64,000 nt of DNA from NCBI GenBank assembly GCA_002269645.1, contig NIVC01002734.1, forward strand, positions 62,001 to 126,000, given 5' to 3'. This stretch comes from Macrostomum lignano (Eukaryota). The translations under genes were made by a program, and so were the position numbers. Shown piece after piece: positions 24,041 through 35,830 of the stretch. Numbering within the stretch: the stretch's first letter is position 1; each line of letters begins with the position of its first letter. The notes below the pieces were generated by a model. It did no database searches, was not told the DNA's origin, and saw nothing but the letters and a program-made list of their open reading frames with translations.

Positions 24041-24437
24041 GATAGCGGAGCTGTTGCAGGAGCTGCGGCAGATAGCGGAGCTGTTGCAGGAGCTGCGGCA
24101 GATAGCGGAGCTGTTGCAGGAGCTGCGGCAGATAGCGGAGCTGTTGCAGGAGCTGCGGCAGATAGCGGAGCTGTTGCAGGAGCTGCGGCAGATAGCGGAG
24201 CTGTTTCAGGAGCTGCGGCAGATAGCGGAGCTGTTGCAGGAGCTGCGGCAGATAGCGGAGCTGTTGCAGGAGCTGCGGCAGATAGCGGAGCTGTTGCAGG
24301 AGCTGCGGCAGATAGCGGAGCTGTTGCAGGAGCTGCGGCAGATAGCGGAGCTGTTACAGGAGCTGCGGCAGATAGCGGAGCTGTTGCAGGAGCTGCGGCA
24401 GATAGCGGAGCTGTTACAGGAGCGGCGGCAGATAGCA
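24041..24437. repeat. 30-bp GC-rich tandem array (GATAGCGGAGCTGTTGCAGGAGCTGCGGCA), ~13 units
   Basis: Near-perfect units; the mirror array is at 26612-27780. Confidence 0.97.
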
Positions 24438-25569
24438 GATTTACTCGTATCCCAAAAATATTCGCCTTTAAAATTGCATACAGTGTTTGAAAAAATCAAT
24501 TGTGGAGTTTTAGATGCTTGAATCAATTTTGCTTAAGCCAGTGGCGTTTGCCGTACATGCCGTTCAATCTTTTTGTACATAAGGCCAAGCATAATTCTCA
24601 AATGGTAGATTTATCGCTTGGTTTCAAGTGCGTTAAGTCCTGTCACGAGTGCGCATAGCCTCCTCGCCTGTGTGGAGTTTTATTAGCCATTGATGAGGCT
24701 CCATGACCAGTAGCGCACTTGATGCAGTAATCTTTACGCACGAATTAAGGAATCTTAAAAACGAATAACCAATTAAGGAATTTATTTGCGAAGCTGTTTT
24801 CTGATTTAGACAAGCGTATAGACATTTAGAGGAATTGGAACTTACCATACTGCTAAGGAAAGGGAAAACAGCTTGTCTGCATGGAGTTCTCACAGGAAGC
24901 TGGAGTTTTACCATAAGACTATAAGAGATATACATGTAAAGAGACGAAGAGTGGGGACTAAAATTTTGAGTTGGTCCCGGAAGAAGAGGTGACGAGAAGG
25001 ACGACAAGAGCTGAAAATGTCTCGAACCACTACAGATCGACTAAGGCTTTAGACTGGCATGGAGTGACGGCGCTGGTTGATGAGCACTGGCTGTCTCCGG
25101 CGATTTTTTGACGAAGATCACAGGCAAACAATTCAAATAGACTTTTGGATTACCGGAGATTGATGGAGCTGGCTGAGAAGAAGCTGTACTGGTGGAGTTG
25201 ACAAGAATATTTGCGCTCAGTAACTCGAGAAGACCAGCTGAATTGAAGGGACAAAGCGAGAAGATCGTTCTTTATTTGGGCCTCTTTTGGAAGCTTGCTT
25301 CTGCGCACATACAGCCATGACCTGACCTGAAGGACCTGACAAGATGTAAGAAAGGTCTACTAGCTACATTTAGATGCCGGCGTCAAATTTCTCTACATAA
25401 CAGCACCAACGGAACCTTGTTCCAGATAATGACCTGTGCCCCAACATTCTCAATGAGTGCCAGTCCAATCGCGTCTCCACCGAAGGAATTGCCAATCTGA
25501 GATAACGCTACACTCCCGTAGCTATCGTATCACGCGATATATCCTCAATGACCACTGCTGGAACCCTGG

Positions 25570-25895
25570 GTGAGCTCCACTGCTACCACTGACGGTTCAA
25601 AGCAGTCAATCAACACCGGCTTTGATGTTGGGATCTTTCTGAACGGGAGGGTTTCGCAACCAACGCTCAGTACACTGAGGTCAACTCCAGTGTTTTCCAA
25701 AATGAATTAGTTCTCGCCATCAGCTCCTGCACTGCAGAGCTTCTCGCCACTGGCGTAACCGGTAAGAGCATAACCGAAACCGGCCTTGTAGACTTGGCAT
25801 GGCATCTGTGGCTGCAGCGTCAATTCTAAAACATTCCTTGACATGTTGGGTTCCACCAACGAATTTACTCTTCACTGGGTTCCGGGGCATGTGCA
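25570..25895 (+). pseudogene. Decayed RNase H domain of a non-LTR retrotransposon in the FB1 spacer
   Basis: Manual translation gives TDGSK..., NSSVFQNELVLAISSC, and LDMLGSTNEFTLHWVPGH across frameshifts. Confidence 0.75.
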
Positions 25896-26169
25896 GGAGC
25901 GGTGGAAGATAGCAAAGCTGTTGCAAGGAGCCAGCGGTGGTAGATAGTGGAGCATGGCCGGCAGGGCGGGAGCGAAGAGTAGAAGTGGCAGGCTGCAGAA
26001 GCTTTTTGTTGTTTTGCATGGCTGCTAAACATGTAAATGCTGAAGTTAATTATGATAAATTGAGTACATGTGCGTGTGAGATGTGCTTTTTATTAGCCAT
26101 AAACGGTATACAGTATGTACAGTACAGCTACATTAGCATACATATATATTGTAGTTCAATAACATTTTG

Positions 26170-26450
26170 ACTCAAACGAGTCCGGCGTTCGAGTCACGAC
26201 GATGTGCCATTTTTTTAATTTATTTAGTCTCCAGACCACAAGTCCTCAAGGATACGGTACAGCTGATCAAGGGAAGCTGGCTGCTGCCTCTGGATGTCCC
26301 ACTCGACCCAGTTCCATATATTCTATATCGGATTGAGGTCTGGTGACTGTGCTGGCCAGTCCATGGTGCGAATGTTGTTCTCAGCTATGCTCGGCTATGC
26401 GCACTCGTGACAGGACTTAACGCACTTGAAACCAAGCGATAAATCTACCA
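26170..26450 (-). pseudogene. Tc1/mariner transposase C-terminal remnant
   Basis: Manual translation gives IAENNIRTMDWPAQSPDLNPI*NIWNWVEWDIQRQQPASLDQLYRILEDLW, matching the WPxxSPDLNPIE motif with the E mutated to a stop. Confidence 0.85.
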
Positions 26451-26611
26451 TTTGAGAATTATGCTTGGCCTTATGTACAAAAAGATTGAACGGCATGTAC
26501 GGCAAACGCCACTGGCTTAAGCAAAATTGATTCAAGCATCTAAAACTCCACAATTGATTTTTTCAAACACTGTATGCAATTTTAAAGGCGAATATTTTTG
26601 GGATACGAGTA

Positions 26612-27780
26612 AATCTGCTATCTGCCGCCGCTCCTGCAACAGCTCCGCTATCTGCCGCAGCTCCTGCAACAGCTCCGCTATCTGCCGCAGCTCCTGCAAC
26701 AGCTCCGCTATCTGCCGCAGCTCCTGCAACAGCTCCGCTATCTGCCGCAGCTCCTGCAACAGCTCCGCTATCTGCCGCAGCTCCTGCAACAGCTCCGCTA
26801 TCTGCCGCAGCTCCTGTAACAGCTCCGCTATCTGCCGCAGCTCCTGCAACAGCTCCGCTATCTGCCGCAGCTCCTGCAACAGCTCCGCTATCTGCCGCAG
26901 CTCCTGCAACAGCTCCGCTATCTGCCGCAGCTCCTGCAACAGCTCCGCTATCTGCCGCAGCTCCTGCAACAGCTCCGCTATCTGCCGCAGCTCCTGCAAC
27001 AGCTCCGCTATCTGCCGCAGCTCCTGCAACAGCTCCGCTATCTGCCGCAGCTCCTGCAACAGCTCCGCTATCTGCCGCAGCTCCTGCAACAGCTCCGCTA
27101 TCTGCCGCAGCTCCTGCAACAGCTCCGCTATCTGCCGCAGCTCCTGCAACAGCTCCGCTATCTGCCGCAGCTCCTGCAACAGCTCCGCTATCTGCCGCAG
27201 CTCCTGCAACAGCTCCGCTATCTGCCGCAGCTCCTGCAACAGCTCCGCTATCTGCCGCAGCTCCTGTAACAGCTCCGCTATCTGCCGCAGCTCCTGCAAC
27301 AGCTCCGCTATCTGCCGCAGCTCCTGCAACAGCTCCGCTATCTGCCGCAGCTCCTGCAACAGCTCCGCTATCTGCCGCAGCTCCTGCAACAGCTCCGCTA
27401 TCTGCCGCAGCTCCTGTAACAGCTCCGCTATCTGCCGCAGCTCCTGCAACAGCTCCGCTATCTGCCGCAGCTCCTGTAACAGCTCCGCTATCTGCCGCAG
27501 CTCCTGCAACAGCTCCGCTATCTGCCGCAGCTCCTGCAACAGCTCCGCTATCTGCCGCAGCTCCTGCAACAGCTCCGCTATCTGCCGCAGCTCCTGCAAC
27601 AGCTCCGCTATCTGCCGCAGCTCCTGCAACAGCTCCGCTATCTGCCGCAGCTCCTGCAACAGCTCCGCTATCTGCCGCAGCTCCTGCAACAGCTCCGCTA
27701 TCTGCCGCAGCTCCTGCAACAGCTCCGCTATCTGCCGCAGCTCCTGCAACAGCTCCGCTATCCACCGCCGCTCTTTGCAA
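26612..27780. repeat. 30-bp tandem array, ~38 units (mirror of 24041-24437)
   Basis: Visible array; source of the 405-426-aa repeat ORFs. Confidence 0.97.
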
Positions 27781-30700
27781 CAGCAGCGCCCCCTACCAGA
27801 ATTATAGGATGAAAGGAACGCATGAAAGGAAATTTACCAATTCATGCGATCTGTTGCACGCTGTACACCAACAAAATAATGGTCAAACACAGCGTTCAGC
27901 TCAAAGAGTGAAATACAGTTATCAACAAATCATTCTCTTGGATTGGAACCAGTATTGCTTTTGACGATGTAAAGGAGACTTGCGCCAATCCAAATTTTAA
28001 AAAGTTGAAGTTGAAAAAGTGACAGATTGAAAATTGCTGTATTCCATTAAATCAAGGACTTTTGTGTAAGTGCCAGATCTACATTTCCTTGATTCTATCC
28101 GTGATCCGAAGATCAAATACTAAGTTTGCTGCTAGCTCAATCTGCTCTCGTTTCCATATACTCGTAGTTCGCTTGAGGACTGAGGAGCATACTCGTATGG
28201 ATCAGTGAGGAGTCTAGCTAGTCTCGTTTAGATCATCAAAAGCAATGCAGTATAGCAATACAATGTATTTCAAAGGATTATTATGCTAGTAGCATTCAAC
28301 AAAAGATTGGTTTAGGCGCCTGCGTCACGCAATGTAAAATTATTGGCGCAATGCTACGTCAGTGCATGCGGAAGTACTATATAGTTTTAATACAGCACAG
28401 CGGAAGTTCCTAAATAATGACATCGGAAATTGAATTTTTCGATAATATTACACACAATAAATAGCACTAACACCGATCAGTAAAAGTAAAGCACAAGAAA
28501 AATGCACGGAATTAAAAATAAATTTGTTTTCCTGGTTGGTTCGGAATTAAATCAGTGAAACAGTAAGAAGTATAAGATTTTTTAATCGCGAGTACGAGAT
28601 ATGCACCATCACAGTTTGCAGCTGGGCAAATTATTCTGAAGAGAAAACAACAAGGCAAGGTTGAGTTAAGAGTAACAGTTCACAATGGGAGGCAGTGTCA
28701 GATCAGTTCTTTCAGTGCTAACTCTCTGAAAGCGACAACAGCGTGCGCCTGGCCGATCACCCAGCGTCATCCAGCAGGCAATCCGCGTAGCGACCCGCCC
28801 GGCCGTAATCCCGGCGCCAGGGGCCCTGCATCGTGAGCAGCAGGACGTCCTGCACTGGTTCAATGGTTGAGAACAGTAGGCCTCCACGCGGATGGTGTGG
28901 CCCACCAGCTGAAGTCTTCGCCTGCGGAAGGTCTCGCTGGGTAGTCGCAGCGAGGGTGCAACGAGGTAGAGCTGCTGCACAACCGTCGGGCGTCCCAGCA
29001 GGTGATTTTGATAGGCAGCTCCGCGGGTACAGTCATCACCTCGTCTTCTCGGTGTTGATGCCCGACCGATGCCGCAGCTGCCACCAGGCTGTCTAGCATG
29101 CGCTGGGGCTCCCTCAGCCGTAGAGGCGGGCAGCGCCAGGTCGTCGGCGTAACCCAGGAGTGACAGCCGCTTCTCCGATTTGCGGCTGTTTGTTCGGTAG
29201 GAAGTAGAAAGCCGTACTCATCCTGTTGGCAGGGCCCTCCGTAGCATTGTCTCCATTGCTTGGTTTGCTATTGTTAGGTTTTGCCTTGGCCTTATCTTTT
29301 TCTCCCCATCGAGGAGATTCTGAAGAGAGGAAGGAGAAATATTCGTTTTTACTTCTAAAACGGATAATTAAATTTAATTAACAAAGCTACGAAAAAAGGG
29401 TGAGGCTGAAAAGGAGAATAGGGTGGGGACTGCAGGGGCGAAGGGTGGGCCAGTAGGGGCGAAGATGTTCATGCTGGGGGAGGAGAGGGTGAGGCTGGAG
29501 GGGAGGAGAGGCTGAGCACTTGAGGGGAGGAGAGGCTGAGCACTCGAGGGGAGGAGAGGTTGGGGTTGGGGAAAGAAGGCGGTGGTGCTGGAAGGAAGGA
29601 TGGGGCTAAAGGGTAAGAGGGTGGGGCTAGAGGGTAGAAGAGGATGGAAGCTGGAGGGGAGCGTGGGCAGTAGGGGAAGAGGGCGGGGCTTGAGGGAAGG
29701 AGAGTCGGGCTGGAGGGAAGGAGGGTGGGGCTGGAGGGAAGGAGAGTGGGGCTGGAGGGAAGGAGAGTGGGGCTAGAGGAAAGGAGAGCAGGGCTGGAGG
29801 GAAGGAGGGTGTGGCTGGAGGGAAGGAGGGTAGGGCTAGAGGGAGGGAGGGTGGGGCTGGAGCTAAGGCGAGTGGGGCTGGAGGGAAAGGGGGTAGGGTT
29901 AGAGGGAAGGATGGGGTGGAAGGGTAAGAGGGTGGGGCTAGAGGGTGGAAGAGGATGGAAGCTGGAGGGGAGCGTGGGGCAGTAGAGGAAGAGGGCGGGG
30001 CTTGAGGGAAGGAGAGTGGGGCTGGAGGGAAGGAGTGTCGGGCTGGAGGGAAGGAGGGTGGGGCTGGAGGGAAGGAGAGTGGGGCTGGAGGGAAGGAGGG
30101 TAGGGCTAGAGGGAAGGAGGGTGGGCTAGAGGGAAGGCGAGTGGGGCTGGAGGGAAGGAGGGTAGGGCTAGAAGGAGGGAGGGTGGGTCCTGGAGGGAGG
30201 AGAGGGTGGAAGCTGGAAGGGAGGGTGGAAAGTCGAGGAGGAGGGCAGGGCTAGAGGGAAGGAGGGTGGGGATGGAGGGAAGGAGAGTGGGGCTGGAGGG
30301 AAGGAGGGTAGGGCTGGAGGGAAAGGGGGTAGGGTTAGAGGGAAGGATAGGGCTGAAGGGTTGGGCTAGAGGATAGAAGATGGAAGCTGGAGGGGAATGC
30401 GGGGTAGTAGGGGGAAAAGGTAGGGCTAGAAGGAAAGCAGGGTAGCAGGGAGGGAGGATAGGGCTGGAGGGAAGGAGGGTAGTGTTGCAGGGAGGGAGGG
30501 TAGGGCTGGAGAGAAGGAGGGTGGTGGTGCAGGGAAGGAGGGTAGGGCTTGAAAGGGAGGAGGGTGAGGCTAGAAAGAAGGATAAGACTGGAAGGTAGGA
30601 TGAGACTAGAGTGGAGGAGGATAGGGCTGGAAAGAAAAAAAGATGGGGCTAGAGGTTCAAAGAGGTTTAGGTGGGGCTGGAGGAAGAGGTGAGGCTAGGA

Positions 30701-32949
30701 GGGTTAGGCTGGAGAGGAGAAGAGAGTAAGGGCTAGAAATGAGGAAAGTAAGAACTAGAAAAGAGAAGGTAGGTAGTGAAGAGGAGAGAATAAGGATTCA
30801 AGGGGAAGACATGATGGGGCTAAAATAAAGAAAGGAGTAATATTGGAAGGAAGAGGAGGTAAATTTTTCAAAAAGAAAATAGGTCTAGAAAGAAGAACAG
30901 GATATAGATAGAGGTTAGAGAGGAAGAAAAGGTCATGACTACTAGATAGATATCATGACTTACTTTATAATGGTAGTAAATAACTAGTTGCTAGTCTATG
31001 GTTTATGGCTTTAAGTTTATAATCTAATTTCTAAAATATTTTTAATTTTGTGGAGAAATCTTATTTATCAAAATATTTAAAAAATGTGCATAATATTTCA
31101 ATATAGAATGTGCTCTATATTATCTTGTTTTATATTTCCATTTTTGATGCTTATAAAACAGAATTTATAATATTTGTTAGAAAAAATTAATATAAATATT
31201 ATAATACTTCCATTCCTATAGCCTTAGTAAATTGTATAAAATATAAGCTAATTAAATTAAATCAAAGAAGGACCAAATTAACTTTACATCCAAGAAAGAA
31301 AAAAGATGCTTATTAATACTATTATTAAGTCAAAAGAACATTTTAATAATATAACATAAAGGTAAAGGCTAGGCCTTATAACACAAAAGAAAAGAAAATA
31401 TTTTAGATTTAGGGCTACTAGTCAATAGAAGAAAATAATCAGTGAAACAGTAGGCTTTGTATTACTAAATGCAAAATTACTAGGCCTAGCTGCCTAGGTA
31501 GTTTTAAATTTAATCTATTGCCATTGACATTGGTAGAACAGTAGGTCCTAAATAAATCTGTAACAAAATGGCAATAGTAGTAAAATTTAATATTTAGGTC
31601 GAACAGCATATCATAGGCCTAGCCGATTAGACCAAGAATAAGATAGCTAGGTAAGATGCGCAACTTCCTAGACTAGAACTAGCTACATTGGTCACTAGCC
31701 CTTTAAATTTTTGCTAATCCTGACGCAGGCTAATTATTTTAATAGCTAGCTAGAATGGAATTTGAATTATACAGTTTACCAACATCACCCGTGACAACTT
31801 CTACACGCGAGTACACGGAAGCCTTAAAATGCATAAAAATATGGGTACAAATACCTATCGACACCCGTATATACACGTTAGGCGGTATAGAACACGGCAA
31901 AAACCGCCTATAAGGCAGTCCGTATCATGCTATATGATACAGTAGCATGCTATAGACCGCCTTTTTTATGCGCACAAGGGCCAAATATGGCACAAATTTG
32001 AACAGACGTTTCTGCTTATTTTTTAGTTCACTAATGCAAAGTAGGCCTAGCGATTTTACTAACCTACTATGCTACTATTCTCTAGTACAGTATTTTAGTG
32101 TCACTAGAATGCTAGATAAAAATTAGGTCAGGATGACTTAGTTACAAGTGTAAGTGTTAACATTTAACATTATTTTATGTAGGCCTACTAGCTGTTTATT
32201 ATTTCCACAATATTAATAGGCCCAGCGAATTAATATTAGAACAGGAGAACAATACAACTCGACTTAAAGTTCAATTAGTGAACTTGGATGGCGCTCAGTT
32301 TCAGTTTGTAGCTAGGCCTATGCACAATTTTGTAACTGAATGCAATAACTGTGTGACTAAGCTAGGCCTAGGGCTATATATTCAATATTCTTTTTTCTGA
32401 ACCCTGAATCCTGAGTTTAGGAGAGAAACTATTTAGTAAAGCTAGCTATATTGATAGATATATTGAACAACCATAATTTAGGGTTCTAATATACTATACT
32501 AATAGCCTATTATATATATGTAGTACAACTAGCTGAGCTAGCATAAAATTCCATAAATGGATGTATTTTTATTTTTTATTTTATTGATAAATTGGGTTCT
32601 ATTCTACTATTTTATGTTATAGGTTAAGCCTGAAATTAGTATTTAGTATTTAGAGGTTCTATATTTTTTGTTTTTTTAACCTTCCCTTTCCCCATAACCT
32701 GCTAGCCTTCCCTACATGGTTACACCCTACTGCCCTTTACCATACCTTACCCCAATGGCCTTCCTACAACACTTGCTACCTTTTCTTATCAATACAAGCC
32801 TTTCCCATACCTTGCTGCCCTTCATTGTCTTTTATAGGCCTTTTCCATACCCTGCTGTCTTTCACAAACCTTGCTGCTCTTCAATGTATCCTGCTTGGCC
32901 TTCATTGTATCTTGTTGGCCTTCCCACATGGCCACACCTTGCTGGCTTT

Positions 32950-35350
32950 TCCCATATCCTGCTAGCCTTCCCACACCCTACTGTCTTTCCCATACCCTGC
33001 TGTCTTTCCCCTACCCTGCTGTCCTTCCCCACACCCTTGCCAGCCTTCCTTACTCCTTGCTGGCCTTCCCCACACCCTGCCAGCTTCCCCACATCCTGCT
33101 GGCCTTCCCTACTCCCTGCTACCCTTCCCCACACCCTGCTGTCCTTCCCCATCAATGCAGGCCTTCCTCACTCCCTGTTGGCATTCCCCACACCCTGCCG
33201 GCCTTCCCCACATCCTGCTGGCCTTCCCTACTCCTTGCTACCCTTCCCCACACCCTGCCGGCCTTCCCCACATCCTGCTGGCCTTCCCTACTCCCTGCTA
33301 CCCTTCCCCACATCCTGCTGTCCTTCCCCACACCCTGCTTGTCTTCACTACCAATGCAGGCTTTCCCTACACCCTGCTGTCCTTCCCCATACCCTGCTGT
33401 CTTTCCCCTACCCTGCTGTCCTTCCCCATCAATGCAGGCCTTCCTCACTCCCTGCTGGCATTCCCCACACCCTGCCGGCCTTCCCCACACCCTTGCCAGC
33501 CTTCCTTACTCCTTGCTGGCCTTCCCCACACCCTGCTAGCTTCCCCACATCCTGCTCGCCTTCCCTACTCCCTGCTACCCTTCCCCACACCCTGCTGTCC
33601 TTCCCCACATCCTGCTGGCCTTCCCTACTCCTTGCTACCCTTCCCCACACCCTGCCGGCCTTCCCCACACCCTGCCGGCTTCCCCACATCCTGCTGGCCT
33701 TGCCTTCCCTACTCCCTGCTACCCTTCCCCACACCCTGCTGTCCTTCCCCACACCCTGCTTGCCTTACACTACCAATGCAGGCTTTCCCTACACCCTGCT
33801 GTCCTTCCCCATCAATGCAGGCCTTCCTCACTCCCTGCTGGCATTCCCCACACCCTGCCGGCCTTCCCCACATCCTGCTGGCCTTCCCTACTCCCTGCTA
33901 CCCTTCCCCACACCCTGCTGTCCTTCCCCATCAATGCAGGCCTTCCTCACTCCCTGCTGGCATTCCCCACACCCTGCCGGCCTTCCCCACATCCTGCTGG
34001 CCTTCCCTACTCCTTGCTACCCTTCCCCACACCCTGCCGGCCTTCCCCACACCCTGCCGGCTTCCCCACATCCTGCTGACCTTCTCTACTCCCTGCTACC
34101 CTTCCCCACACCCTGCTGTCCTTCCCCACACCCTGCCGGCCTTCCCCACACCCTGCCTGCTTCCCACATCCTGCTGGCCTTCCCTACTCCCTGCTACCCT
34201 TCCCCACATCCTGCTGTCCTTCCCCACACCCTGCTTGTCTTCACTACCAATGCAGGCTTTCCCTACACCCTGCTGTCCTTCCCCAATTCCCTGCTGTCTT
34301 TCCCCTACCCTGCTGTCCTTCCCCATCAATGCAGGCCTTCCTCACTCCCTGCTGGCATTCCCCACACCCTGCTGGCCTTCCCCACACCCTTGCCAGCCTT
34401 CCTTACTCCTTGCTGGCCTTCCCCACACCCTGCTAGCTTCCCCACATCCTGCTCGCCTTCCCTACTCCCTGCTACCCTTCCCCACACCCTGCTGTCCTTC
34501 CCCATCAATGCAGGCCTTCCTCACTCCTTGCTACCCTTCCCCACACCCTGCCGGCCTTCCCCACACCCTGCCGGCTTCCCCACATCCTGCTGACCTTCTC
34601 TACTCCCTGCTACCCTTCCCCACACCCTGCCTGCTTCCCCTCATCCTGCTGGCCTTCCCTACTCCCTGCTACCCTTCCCCACACCCTGCTGTCCTTCCCC
34701 ACACCCTGCTAATCTTCACTACCAATGCAGGCTTTCCCTACACCTTTCTTTCCTTCCCCATCAATGCAGGCCTTTCCCACTCCCTTCTGGCATTCCCCAC
34801 ACCCTGCCGGCTTCCCCACTTCCTGCTGGCCTTCCCTACTCCCTGCTACCCTTCCCCACATCCTGCCGGCCTTCCCCACACCCTGCCGGCTTCTCCACAT
34901 CCTGCCGGCTTCTCCACATCCTGCCGGCCTTCCCTACTCCCTGCTACCCTTCCCCACACCCTGCTGTCCTTCCCCACACCCTGCTTGCCTTACACTACCA
35001 ATGCAGGCTTTCCCTACACCCTGCTGTCCTTCCCCATCAATGCAGGCCTTTCCCACTCCCTTCTGGCATTCCCCACACCCTGCCGGCTTCCCCACTTCCT
35101 GCTGGCCTTCCCTACTCCCTGCTACCCTTCCCCACACCCTGCTGTCCTTCCCCACACCCTGCTTGCCTTACACTACCAATGCAGGCTTTCCCTACACCCT
35201 GCTGTCCTTCCCCATCAATGCAGGCCTTTCCCACTCCCTGCTGGCATTCCCCACACCCTGCCAGCCTTCCCTACTGCTGGCCTTCCCTTTTTCCTGCTAC
35301 CCTTCCCCACACCCTGCCGGCCTTCCCCATACCCTGCTGTCATTTCCCAC
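32950..35350. repeat. C-rich degenerate minisatellite (CCTTCCCCACACCCTGC-like) in FB2 left arm; G-rich mirror at ~42400-44480
   Basis: Visible array; source of the 400-930-aa Pro/His/Leu-rich spurious ORFs. Confidence 0.95.
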
Positions 35351-35493
35351 ACCCTGCCACTCTACCTCTCACAGGCTACCCCTCCCAGACAGCCCTCCCA
35401 GACAGCCCTCCCAGACAGCCCCTCCAGGCTAACCCAACTCTACCCCTCCCAGGCAGCCCTTCCGGGCTTCATCTCCCACTCAACCTCTTCCAG

Positions 35494-35830
35494 AAGCGGA
35501 GGACGATCGCAGGACTGTCTGCTGCCTGCCGCTTCGGCTGCAGTGACCGCCGGCTCAAGCGGAGGACGATCGCAGGACTGTCTGCTGCCTGCCGCTTCGG
35601 CTGCAGTGACCGCCGGCTCAAGCGGAGGACGATCGCAGGACTGTCTGCTGCCTGCCGCTTCGGCTGCAGTGACCGCCGGCTCAAGCGGAGGACGATCGCA
35701 GGACTGTCTGCTGCCTGCCGCTTCGGCTGCAGTGACCGCCGGCTCAAGCGGAGGACGATCGCAGGACTGTCTGCTGCCTGCCGCTTCGGCTGCAGTGACC
35801 GCCGGCTCAAGCGGAGGACGATCGCTGCTC
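35494..35830. repeat. 63-bp GC-rich tandem repeat, ~5 units (mirror with ~3 units at 41760-41940)
   Basis: Unit AGCGGAGGACGATCGCAGGACTGTCTGCTGCCTGCCGCTTCGGCTGCAGTGACCGCCGGCTCA. Confidence 0.95.

Noticed and set aside
26527-27807. 405-426-aa ORFs (QELRQIAELL)n, (AVAGAAADSG)n, (SSAICRSSCN)n and their 155-aa mirrors
   Set aside because: These are stop-free frames of a 30-bp DNA tandem repeat, open on both strands, with non-ATG starts and copy number differing between arms. There is no evidence of coding.
19629-31866. Alternative parse: the first palindrome (19633-31862) as an insertion with a 4-bp ACCC TSD into a larger XZ element
   Set aside because: It needs an unexplained 13-bp difference in the other arm. 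The FB2-into-FB1 parse gives a clean 8-bp direct duplication (CTATCGAC) with the intact site visible in the left arm.
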